From the IMG/VR virus record IMGVR_UViG_3300028797_000105: 64,000 nucleotides of DNA. One strand, written 5' to 3'. This DNA is from an uncultured virus (IMG/VR IMGVR_UViG_3300028797_000105) (taxonomy: Duplodnaviria > Heunggongvirae > Uroviricota > Caudoviricetes). This document shows positions 18,769 through 27,237 of the stretch, piece after piece; position 1 is the stretch's first letter; each line of letters opens with the position of its first letter. Both the position numbers and the translations under genes were made by a program. Under the pieces are notes generated by a model. That model saw only the letters and a list, made by a program, of their open reading frames with translations. It did no database searches and had not been told where the DNA came from.

Positions 18769-19452
18769 CTACGAAATAACTGTTATGATTTTATCTGTTT
18801 TTAATATTTCTGACGGTTTACAAGAAATTCTGTTTTTATCACGAATAACAATAATTGAATGGTCATCCGTTACAATAACGTTTTTCCCACTTTTTGTTGT
18901 TATTTTCCATTTTTTCTTTTTTACTTTATGCCGTATTATGCGTTTTGCTTTTGCAAAATATACGTCATTGCTTTCTGATTGATTTAATATTGGTATTGGG
19001 CAAAACACACTTTCGTGACCAGACATAGTATTTCCTGCATTTCCATATTTGACGCAATCATTATACAATTCTTCTATTGTTCGGTCTTTATCTTTACAAT
19101 GGATAATTGTATTTTTATCACAACTATCGGTATCAATATAGACGGTCACTTGTTTTTTTACTGGTTTTGTAACCGTGATACCCATTTTTTCGTGCGTTGC
19201 TTTGTCATCGTACCAATGATTAAGAAAATAATCATTGATGTTAGATTCTGCGTACAGAATGGCGTTTTTCCCTTGTTTTGTGATACATTCAGCCAAATCC
19301 TTGTCAAAAAAATACATATATGGATTGGCGAGTCCACCGTACATCGAATTAATATATATCTTACTTCCCTGTTCCCAATTATGGTACTTTGTGTAGATAG
19401 CATCTAATTCTGCACGTTTTTCGTTAATTTTTTTAATTACTTCATCTGTCAT
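18769..19452 (-). CDS. Family B DNA polymerase fragment 2 (motifs B and C) fused to a 118-aa N-intein
   Basis: QGSKIYINSMYGG, CITKQGK, YIDTD, then intein SCDKNTII...VTDDHSII. Confidence 0.92.
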   Translation of the reverse strand: MTDEVIKKINEKRAELDAIYTKYHNWEQGSKIYINSMYGGLANPYMYFFDKDLAECITKQGKNAILYAESNINDYFLNHWYDDKATHEKMGITVTKPVKKQVTVYIDTDSCDKNTIIHCKDKDRTIEELYNDCVKYGNAGNTMSGHESVFCPIPILNQSESNDVYFAKAKRIIRHKVKKKKWKITTKSGKNVIVTDDHSIIVIRDKNRISCKPSEILKTDKIITVIS

Positions 19453-19466
19453 AATCGTACAAATTT

Positions 19467-20705
19467 TTAATTAGTTAATAATGTTTTTATATAATCTTTT
19501 GTTGCAGTATTGTTCCGCAGCCATTCAGATTCCCATATTACAACAAGTGTTATTCCTTTTCTTTTTGCTTTTTCTATTTTTGATGAATCTCGTTTCCATA
19601 TTTGTTTAGCTGTGAGCTGGTTTGACGGGTTTATATCATTTTCATCATATATGGATGGATTCATATGCCAATAGTCGCCATTAAACTCTATGCCAAGGTT
19701 GTATTCTGGTATATAGACATCCATCTCACACCCAATGGTTGCTCTGTCATTTTCAATAATCTTACCATTGTATATCTCGTGAATATAAGCAACCAAATCT
19801 TTTTCAGTTGTTGAAAATTTAAACATATCGTTTCCGTACCGTTCATATTTGGTCTTGTTTATTTTTTCAACAATATCTTCGGAATAAGATGGGTTTTCTA
19901 CGCCATATTTTTCTATGTTTGTCTTTTTGATTTTATTTTTAATTGTTTCTGATTGGAATGGGTTTTCTACACCATATTTTTTCAAAAACACTTGCTTCTT
20001 CTTTTCTTTTACAATATCTGAAGAATTTATGCTTTTTGTTCCATATTTTTTAACGCAGGTGTCAATAGATTTTTGTTTAACTTTATTTGATTGCATAGGA
20101 TATTCAACGCCAAGATTTGACATATTGGTATGTTTTGCTTTTTCTTTGACAGAATCAAGTGTTACTGGATATTCAACACCATATCTATTGATGTTTGTTG
20201 CTTTTACTTTATTTTGAATATCTTTTGATTGCGTAGGACGTTCAACTCCGTATTTTTTAATATTTGTGCTTTTTATTTTTTCTTGTATTTTATATGATTG
20301 TGTAGCATATTCAACTCCATAATTTTTCATCATAGTTTGTTTTCCGAGTTCTCTGATAGAATTGACTTGTAATACGGAATCGGTTCCATATTTTTCGTTG
20401 ACTGTGTGCTTTGTTTTTTCTCTAACTTCTTCGGAATTGCTTGAACATTTAAGGCTGCAATATTTGGAATAACCAGAAAAAAAGTTTAAGAACTTGCATC
20501 GTTTGCCGCAGTTTGCGCAAACGCCAAGCAATAATCGTTCATCATCATTAAGATAATGATATGCTTTTTGCTTGAATGAAAATTTGTCTGGAAATGTCAT
20601 ACCACAGATTTCCGCATATTCATTCGGAAATCTTAATCTGAAGGATTTTTCCATCAGATAGTTCGGGTGTTCTTTTATCTGCTGTTTAATTGCTTCCTTT
20701 GTCAT
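19467..20705 (-). CDS. Homing-endonuclease-like protein with about 25-aa KYGVExPxQS repeats and a Vsr-like C-domain
   Basis: CxxC..CSLKC; about 7 repeats; EMDVYIPE..GIEFNGDYWH..VIWESEW; TATAAATA at 20728-20735. Confidence 0.82.
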   Translation of the reverse strand: MTKEAIKQQIKEHPNYLMEKSFRLRFPNEYAEICGMTFPDKFSFKQKAYHYLNDDERLLLGVCANCGKRCKFLNFFSGYSKYCSLKCSSNSEEVREKTKHTVNEKYGTDSVLQVNSIRELGKQTMMKNYGVEYATQSYKIQEKIKSTNIKKYGVERPTQSKDIQNKVKATNINRYGVEYPVTLDSVKEKAKHTNMSNLGVEYPMQSNKVKQKSIDTCVKKYGTKSINSSDIVKEKKKQVFLKKYGVENPFQSETIKNKIKKTNIEKYGVENPSYSEDIVEKINKTKYERYGNDMFKFSTTEKDLVAYIHEIYNGKIIENDRATIGCEMDVYIPEYNLGIEFNGDYWHMNPSIYDENDINPSNQLTAKQIWKRDSSKIEKAKRKGITLVVIWESEWLRNNTATKDYIKTLLTN

Positions 20706-20803
20706 TCGTCCAAAGTTTCAATTTGTTTATTTATATGTGTAGCCAAACATAATTTCGTGTCTGGCTACACTAATATAATAAATTTTTCAGAAAAATGTGT
20801 GTG

Positions 20804-21598
20804 CTATGCGTCCTCAATCCATTCGGACAAAAGTTTTTTACTCGCACATAAAGGTTTCGTATTGTCTTTCAGACCTTTCTGATAGAATGGCTCGTTGCAA
20901 TGCTCACACAATTTTGGTGAATCCAAGAACAGAAGTTTCTCTATGGTTTCCAAATTTTGTGTTTCGTTCAAATCAATAAACGTGCCGTCTGTCGTGAACT
21001 CTGAAACTTCATCTTTGAAATAGTTTTTAAGTATATGGAGATTGGCTGCAATCTGGCACATATAAAGTTTTCCGTATCTGTAATGTACGCACTCTCCCCT
21101 ATTGCATTGCCGTAATGTCGGGTTTACGATTTTTCTTGAAATTTGCTGGGTGTTGAACTTAATGCGGTTTCCATTTCCGTCATCAAGTCTCGGTATGCAA
21201 AAATTTTCCACATAGCCGAGTATGTTGGCCGCTTCCTGCACACGGGCGAAACTGTAATTTGTCAGTATGAAATGCACGCCAGTCTTGTTGATGAAGTCCA
21301 CGTTGTTTTTTATGAAATCAAGGCTGATTCCGTTTGTAGTCACCCACACGTTGTCAAACCAATCGGTTGCTACTTCTATGATTTCTTTAAGGTTTTCGTG
21401 GAGTGTTGGTTCGCCTCCAGTTATATAAAACTTTTTTATGTAAGGACGCAGAAACCCGCACAATTCCAAATCTTTTCTGAAATCTTCAACAGTTACGCCG
21501 TTATCTTCTTTTGGTGCAAGCGGTGCATAGTGGCCGCAAGCAATGCAGTTCTTGTTGCAGCGGTCTATGATATGGTAGTTCAAATCAAATTTTCTCAT
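20804..21598 (-). CDS. Radical SAM protein
   Basis: CNKNCIAC, GGEPTLH, TTNG; additional C-terminal cysteines (SPASM/twitch-like). Confidence 0.9.
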   Translation of the reverse strand: MRKFDLNYHIIDRCNKNCIACGHYAPLAPKEDNGVTVEDFRKDLELCGFLRPYIKKFYITGGEPTLHENLKEIIEVATDWFDNVWVTTNGISLDFIKNNVDFINKTGVHFILTNYSFARVQEAANILGYVENFCIPRLDDGNGNRIKFNTQQISRKIVNPTLRQCNRGECVHYRYGKLYMCQIAANLHILKNYFKDEVSEFTTDGTFIDLNETQNLETIEKLLFLDSPKLCEHCNEPFYQKGLKDNTKPLCASKKLLSEWIEDA

Positions 21599-21741
21599 AG
21601 TTCTTGTTTTTCATTATAATGCCATTATAATTTTGTTGTTTCGTTATATCACTTTTTTGTCATTTCTCCATTATCACATAACGCATATTCATATCAAAAA
21701 TAGTTCCCGTATAAATATATAATAAAAAAAGAAATTTTTGT

Positions 21742-23148
21742 ATGAAATCATTATCCAAGACCTATAAGTTCGTCAATGAATCAAAGAAAATTGACACCGT
21801 GCAGCTCTTGTATTTGAGCTCAATAACCAATTCAACTTTCTGCAAAATGCTGAAAGACAAGTGTAAAGAATATGGTATAGCATTCTTGTACGCCAATCCA
21901 GAAACGGCTGTTCTTGAAAAGAAAAACGACAAGGACTTCATTCTCGTTGATGGTGACAAAAGTTCAGAAATCGGAACAAATAACACCATTATTCTGCCAC
22001 GTCTTACGATTTTGAAAAACTCCCGCACAAAGAACTTTTTGAAAGAATTTGAAAATCGTGGTTTCTTTGTAATCAACAGCCTTGACAGTTATGAGAACTG
22101 CGAGAACAAATACACCACATACAAGGTTCTTTCCGCAGAGAGCATCCCGACACCAGCAACGACTGTTGTCACATCTGACGATATGGGAAGGCTTGAAAAG
22201 AAAGTGAATTTCATTGGTGGAAAATTCCCGATTGTCTGTAAACTTCTTGACGGTAAGAAAGGCATTGGCGTGTTCATTATAGATTCATATATGAGCCTCA
22301 AATCAACGCTTGAAACTATGTTCAAACTTGTTCCTAATGCTGAAATTCTGTTGCAGAACAAGATTGAATCAGACTATGACCTGCGTATTCACGTATTTAA
22401 TAAATCATACAATAGGGTGTCCAATAACACGGATGCTTTTGAAATCATAGGTGTTATGCGCCGTAACAAGATTGATGGCGATTTCCGCACCAATTTCAGC
22501 CTTGGCGGTACTATTGAGAAGTTTGAGCTTACTGACGAGCAGAAAGAACTTGCTATAAAGACAGCAGCCGCAGTAAAATGTCGTTGGTGCGGTGTTGATA
22601 TGATTGTGGATAAGAATACTGGCGACAACTATATTATTGAGGTGAATGCTTCGCCTGGCGTGAAAGGCATTTCCTCTGTTTCTGAAGTTTCTCCAGTGAA
22701 CTACATATTTGACTTCTTGAAAAAGTTCAAGTACATTACCAACAATTTCACAGTTATCGGAAGCGTTGAATCCGCAAACCTTGTGTTCGGTGATGTTGAG
22801 TGTCCGTCAGACATTATGTTTGATATGAATACCGATATAAATGTGATTGAAACAAAGTCTGCTTCATACAATAAGGATGCCAATAATGTTTCGTTCTGTG
22901 TCGGCGAGAACACTGTAACAAGACCAGTGGTCGGAACGCTCATTGAAACTGATATGAGCCGCAGTTATCTTGTTACTGGCCGTATAGACTTCAATGATGC
23001 TACATACAAGAATGTTATGTATAAGGTGAAAGTTAATCAAGAGGGCGAAGGTAAGATTGTTCTTGGCAACGCATTCCTTTCATTGCTCGGCAATATGGTG
23101 TCAATCGACCCGAACAACACATATCTCGTTACTGACAAACTTCAATAA
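21742..23148 (+). CDS. RimK-family ATP-grasp ligase with a C-terminal RimB/aspartyl-protease-like domain
   Basis: ENKYTTY, PIVCK..GKKGIGV, DLRI, DFRTNFSLGG, CGVD, IEVNASPG; TATAAATA at 21710-21717. Confidence 0.88.
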   Translation: MKSLSKTYKFVNESKKIDTVQLLYLSSITNSTFCKMLKDKCKEYGIAFLYANPETAVLEKKNDKDFILVDGDKSSEIGTNNTIILPRLTILKNSRTKNFLKEFENRGFFVINSLDSYENCENKYTTYKVLSAESIPTPATTVVTSDDMGRLEKKVNFIGGKFPIVCKLLDGKKGIGVFIIDSYMSLKSTLETMFKLVPNAEILLQNKIESDYDLRIHVFNKSYNRVSNNTDAFEIIGVMRRNKIDGDFRTNFSLGGTIEKFELTDEQKELAIKTAAAVKCRWCGVDMIVDKNTGDNYIIEVNASPGVKGISSVSEVSPVNYIFDFLKKFKYITNNFTVIGSVESANLVFGDVECPSDIMFDMNTDINVIETKSASYNKDANNVSFCVGENTVTRPVVGTLIETDMSRSYLVTGRIDFNDATYKNVMYKVKVNQEGEGKIVLGNAFLSLLGNMVSIDPNNTYLVTDKLQ

Positions 23149-23157
23149 TTTAGGTTT

Positions 23158-23457
23158 ATGAGAATTTTAAGACTTGACGAATATAACGGTAATCGCATAT
23201 ATACGGTGGAATGTTTCACACCGAATGAGATTGTTGATACAGACTGCATACAATATATACTTGACAATGTTGATAGGTTTGACAGCAAGTATGATATTGC
23301 TATGGGGAAGATTGAGCATTACAGATGCACGCTTGAATACGCTGATTATAATTTGATGGAAAACATAACGGAAGCCGCAACAGAATACTTGGAATCCATT
23401 GGAAAAATTGTGGATGAGGAGGATTTGTATGAGGCTTTGTGCGAGGTGTTCGGATAA
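23158..23457 (+). CDS. Hypothetical late protein
   Basis: 99-aa ORF in the late operon. Confidence 0.65.
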   Translation: MRILRLDEYNGNRIYTVECFTPNEIVDTDCIQYILDNVDRFDSKYDIAMGKIEHYRCTLEYADYNLMENITEAATEYLESIGKIVDEEDLYEALCEVFG

Positions 23458-23458
23458 T

Positions 23459-23812
23459 ATGGGTGTGCTTGATTTTAACGGGTTTGTTGCGGAGAGATTG
23501 GGTATAAAGCCAATCACAAAGCAACGTCTTTCTGAACTCGGCAAGCCGCAATACAAATTGACACAATTTGATATTGAAACTTTGCGTGGAATGGGGTATG
23601 ATGACGATGACATTGAGCTGTTTAAGCAGGTTTTGGCCGATTACGGGCTTGAAATGTATGACGATAAGGGAAATGTATATACGGCAGAAGAAGTGCTGGC
23701 AAAATTAGGCCAGACAGCGTTTTTGAGGGGTATGGCTATGGCTGTAAGACATCATAGGATTACGCATCTTGACATAACATTTGACACCGAGAGGTGGCAG
23801 GGAGAAAAATAA
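23459..23812 (+). CDS. Hypothetical protein, E(K/R)LxIKP N-terminal leader family
   Basis: Likely start MGVLDFNGFVAERLGIKPITKQRL. Confidence 0.7.
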   Translation: MGVLDFNGFVAERLGIKPITKQRLSELGKPQYKLTQFDIETLRGMGYDDDDIELFKQVLADYGLEMYDDKGNVYTAEEVLAKLGQTAFLRGMAMAVRHHRITHLDITFDTERWQGEK

Positions 23813-23823
23813 TACATAGGAAT

Positions 23824-24243
23824 ATGACACACATAAAGAGATTTAAGGAAATGTCATTCAATATAAACGCTGTTGAATTGGACGAGAAACTGGATATTAC
23901 GCCAGTTACGAAAACACAGCTTAAGGATTTGAAAGACAAGTTGTATATGGCTGGTGACATCATATATTGGTATTACAGTTATAGTTCGGCATTTCCGAAT
24001 TTTTATAAAGTTATCAGAGCCACAAATAAAACTGTTTGGGCTGTACCTATCGGAAAAAAGGTGACACGTGGTGCGTATAATATGCCGTCTTATGCTGTTG
24101 TTGCTGACCCGAATGACATTACAAGCACAAAACCCGTAACTTTCCGTATCCAAAAAAACGGGAAAATATATTATTCAAGAGGAAGTATGCACGAGGTGTT
24201 CCAAAAATGGGATGGCAGTGAAATTGAATGCTGCTGCGACTAA
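23824..24243 (+). CDS. Hypothetical protein, EKLxIxP leader family
   Basis: Likely start MTHIKRFKE...DEKLDITPVTKTQL. Confidence 0.7.
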   Translation: MTHIKRFKEMSFNINAVELDEKLDITPVTKTQLKDLKDKLYMAGDIIYWYYSYSSAFPNFYKVIRATNKTVWAVPIGKKVTRGAYNMPSYAVVADPNDITSTKPVTFRIQKNGKIYYSRGSMHEVFQKWDGSEIECCCD

Positions 24244-24268
24244 CAGTAATACTTAATTAAGTCGAAAT

Positions 24269-24300
24269 AAAAAACCCGATAATTTAATTATCGGGTTTTT
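24269..24300. terminator. Bidirectional terminator
   Basis: AAAAAACCCGATAATT-T-AATTATCGGGTTTTT. Confidence 0.8.
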
Positions 24301-24319
24301 CTTTTGTTTGTGATGATGT

Positions 24320-26290
24320 TTATTCTTCATCATCGTCTTTCTTGCCGCCACATTCGCCAATCAGAACATTGTCATCACCGAGATTGTTATTTGGGGCAAC
24401 AACTGGTTCATTAGGATTGCATTTGCAATCCCCGTTGTCGCAGCATTTTGGTTCTTCTGCTTGGTGGTTCAAGTCAAACACGAGGTCTGATTTGTTCACC
24501 ACGATTGCAGAGCCAGTTTTCGGGTCGGTAACGCTGATTGTTGAGCAGTCTGGTGCTGCTGTGAAAGCGGCTGCGTCCACGTAAACGGTGTCTCCTGGGT
24601 TGAGTGTGCCTACGACATTGCAGACCTTAACCTCAACGCAGTTATCACCGCAAAGGTTTTGTTTGAATGTGTCTGCGAGAGCACATTCATTGTCCTTGAT
24701 TTCGCATTCAAGCAGGTTGAGTGCTTCAACGAGGCTTGTTGAGTCAATGTTTGACGGCATAGATTCAATCTTTGCCATAACTTCACCACGTTTTTCCTTC
24801 AAGAAGTCAATTCTCTCTTGGATTTTGTTGCGGTTTTCAAGGATTGCTGCGTTCTTGTCACCTTCGGCTTTGAGTGCTTCCCTCAAAATTGTGGTGGCAT
24901 CGTAGTTGAATGATTCTTTGATAAAGTTCTTTGCAGCGGTTGCTGATTTGAAGTACCTCATTTCATTGACAAGCGTGTTGTAGTTTACAACATTCACATA
25001 GTAGCCCTCTTCAACAGAGATAAGTGTCAAGAAAAGGCCAGGAGTCAATTCAGACTTCAAGTTGATGCAGCTGTCAAGACCGCCAATCAAATCACGGCTT
25101 TCAAACATTTTCGTAAGAACGTCAATGTCACCGACAGTTGCTTTGCTGAACAGACCGCTGATTGAGAGGTTGTTTCTCAAATCAATGGAAGCGAGGTTTG
25201 TCATATCGTTGCTTCCAAGGTTGATTTTGCCTTCGTTGAGGTGATATTCAAGAACTTTACCATTCACGCCGTAGTATTCAAGCGTGTTGTCTTTTGCGTT
25301 GTAAGCCATAAGACGGAGGCCGTTCACGACATCATTGTAACGTTTGTCAGCAACTTTGCATTCCATAACCTTGCCGTCTTTCAACATATAGTTTTTGCCA
25401 TAGAGGTTGAAAGAAACGCCTTCTTCACTTTCAAGGATTGGCGAGAACATAGCGACCATTGTGTAACCGCTGTTTTCAACCACAGTCTTGTTGAGTTCGT
25501 TGGTAAGTCCGTATTGTTCGGATTCCATAAGGGCTACAACTTGTTTTGACTCGCTGCACCAGAACTCGGATTCGCTGACAACTTTCTTCAAGTTTTCGTA
25601 GATGTTGTCGCTCAACAGAACGCTTGCCACTTGTTCGTAAAGTGCTGCGTACATATTGTTTGAAGATTTAGCACCGCAGGCTTTCATAACCTTTGCGCCC
25701 ACATATCCCCATTTGTCGCTTTCCATACTCTCTTTGATATATTCGCAGAGAACTTTGGCGGGAACGAGGATGCTACCGTTAAGCATACTGTAAACGCTTT
25801 CGGCGACTTCGTATTTGAGTGCTGGGTTTACCTTTGTGTCATCCACTGGGAGACCTGCACGCTTGCGGCTGGCAAGCAGGGAAACTTCACTTGGAAGATT
25901 TGACATAGCCTGCTCAATAATGGAATAGGCCGTAATTGCTGAATATGAAGCATTTGCCTTTGTGGTAGCCATTTCGTGAAGTTCACGAGCGGCAGTTGAC
26001 AAATTTTCATATAACTGAATGATATTTAATTTCTTCATAACGGTATTATTATTTTCTTTTATATTTATATTCGTTTTATTTTCGCCTTTCACTTGGAAAC
26101 CAGTGTCAAGTTTCAAATCGTCAGTCGCCATAGGGTCTTTTTTGTTGTCAATGTATTTCTTGTAATACTCAAGATGGTCTTTGGCAACTTGTTCAACTAC
26201 ACCCATACCAAGAAACACGCTCAAAATCTGCTCGTCAGTCAGACCGCATTTCTTGTGGGAATAAATCAATCGCAAGAGATTCTCGTTCAT
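24320..26290 (-). CDS. Large late protein, probably structural
   Basis: 656 aa; TATAAATA at 26312-26319 and an internal one at 26062-26069; coiled coil near the C-terminus. Confidence 0.75.
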   Translation of the reverse strand: MNENLLRLIYSHKKCGLTDEQILSVFLGMGVVEQVAKDHLEYYKKYIDNKKDPMATDDLKLDTGFQVKGENKTNINIKENNNTVMKKLNIIQLYENLSTAARELHEMATTKANASYSAITAYSIIEQAMSNLPSEVSLLASRKRAGLPVDDTKVNPALKYEVAESVYSMLNGSILVPAKVLCEYIKESMESDKWGYVGAKVMKACGAKSSNNMYAALYEQVASVLLSDNIYENLKKVVSESEFWCSESKQVVALMESEQYGLTNELNKTVVENSGYTMVAMFSPILESEEGVSFNLYGKNYMLKDGKVMECKVADKRYNDVVNGLRLMAYNAKDNTLEYYGVNGKVLEYHLNEGKINLGSNDMTNLASIDLRNNLSISGLFSKATVGDIDVLTKMFESRDLIGGLDSCINLKSELTPGLFLTLISVEEGYYVNVVNYNTLVNEMRYFKSATAAKNFIKESFNYDATTILREALKAEGDKNAAILENRNKIQERIDFLKEKRGEVMAKIESMPSNIDSTSLVEALNLLECEIKDNECALADTFKQNLCGDNCVEVKVCNVVGTLNPGDTVYVDAAAFTAAPDCSTISVTDPKTGSAIVVNKSDLVFDLNHQAEEPKCCDNGDCKCNPNEPVVAPNNNLGDDNVLIGECGGKKDDDEE

Positions 26291-26329
26291 AAAAACATTA
26301 TATTGTTATTATATTTATACGAGCCGTTT

Positions 26330-26545
26330 TTACCATTTTTCAAGTTCGCAGTGCTCCGTTGACCACTTCGCTTTCTTGTCCATATAGCATCCGCAGACAC
26401 CGCAGGTGTAGTTGCCTTTGTTGATGTGTTCGCATTCCGAGCATATTGCTATACGGCGTGAATATTCGTCAAACGGCATATTCTGGAAATGCCCAGTGAA
26501 TATGTATCGGAAAAATGATTTCAAAAATCTGAATACTCTTTTCAT
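26330..26545 (-). CDS. Small Cys-rich protein (DUF6171-like)
   Basis: RRIAICSEC..CGVCGC..KAK..C..KW. Confidence 0.7.
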   Translation of the reverse strand: MKRVFRFLKSFFRYIFTGHFQNMPFDEYSRRIAICSECEHINKGNYTCGVCGCYMDKKAKWSTEHCELEKW

Positions 26546-26800
26546 TTATTGGTAATTTTCTATGATTTGGTTTGCGAGTTCGATATATTCCTCATCGTCA
26601 AGCTGGAGCTCCACTGGAATGCCGTCAATGGTTTCATTTGTGTAGAAATAGATTTTTCCGTTCTCATCTGCGCTGACGCTTGTTACGGGCATACCGTAAG
26701 ACATAAAGTCAAGTTCGCTGATGTCAAGTTCGTAGCCGTTATCAATGATTGTGTCGGCAAGCTGCTCGTCAAGTCTGTTTTTATCTTCTATGTAGTCCAT
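26546..26800 (-). CDS. Acidic hypothetical protein
   Basis: Likely start MDYIEDK. Confidence 0.6.
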   Translation of the reverse strand: MDYIEDKNRLDEQLADTIIDNGYELDISELDFMSYGMPVTSVSADENGKIYFYTNETIDGIPVELQLDDEEYIELANQIIENYQ

Positions 26801-26829
26801 ATTATTTTGTGTTAAGTTAAACAAAGATT

Positions 26830-27115
26830 ATTCGGAACTATCCCTTTTAGTCTTGTAAATTATTTATAAGACTTCAAGTTCAATAGTCGCTTCATTGCTG
26901 TACGAATGTTCACCAGTTTTTCTTGGTTTTGCAAACGGTTGGTACACAGCTTCACGACCGTACTCGGCATTCCTTGCCGAGATATGTCTTTGCCATTCGT
27001 CTGGTTCATATTGCTCGTTGTTCTTCGCTGCGTTGATGTCTCTGTCGTGATGAGCACCGCAGTTCGGACAAGTCCAATACCTTACTGCCAGATTTTTGAC
27101 TTTCTTGTTTATATT
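26830..27115 (-). pseudogene. tnpB: tnpB remnant (zinc ribbon, RuvC-III, tail) with probable right end
   Basis: [26 protein letters not shown] is the canonical TnpB C-terminus; downstream hairpins GGCA..TGCC and GTCTT..AAGAC. Confidence 0.8.
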
Positions 27116-27237
27116 GTCCAACAATGTTTTATATCAGAACTGGCATCGTTTTTTATTGATGCCAGTTCATTTTTGGTTACTGGTTTTACATCCAGTTTTT
27201 CGGAAATAAATGTGTTATAATCCAGAACTTGTTTCAT
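27109..27237 (-). pseudogene. Truncated member of the EKLxVKP leader family
   Basis: MKQVLDYNTFISEKLDVKPVTKNELAS... stops after 42 aa at the junction with the tnpB remnant. Confidence 0.6.

Noticed and set aside
16456..19452. PolB fragmentation as a sequencing or assembly error
   Set aside because: Breaks coincide with intein termini and the finger tip, and each fragment has a clean start and stop.
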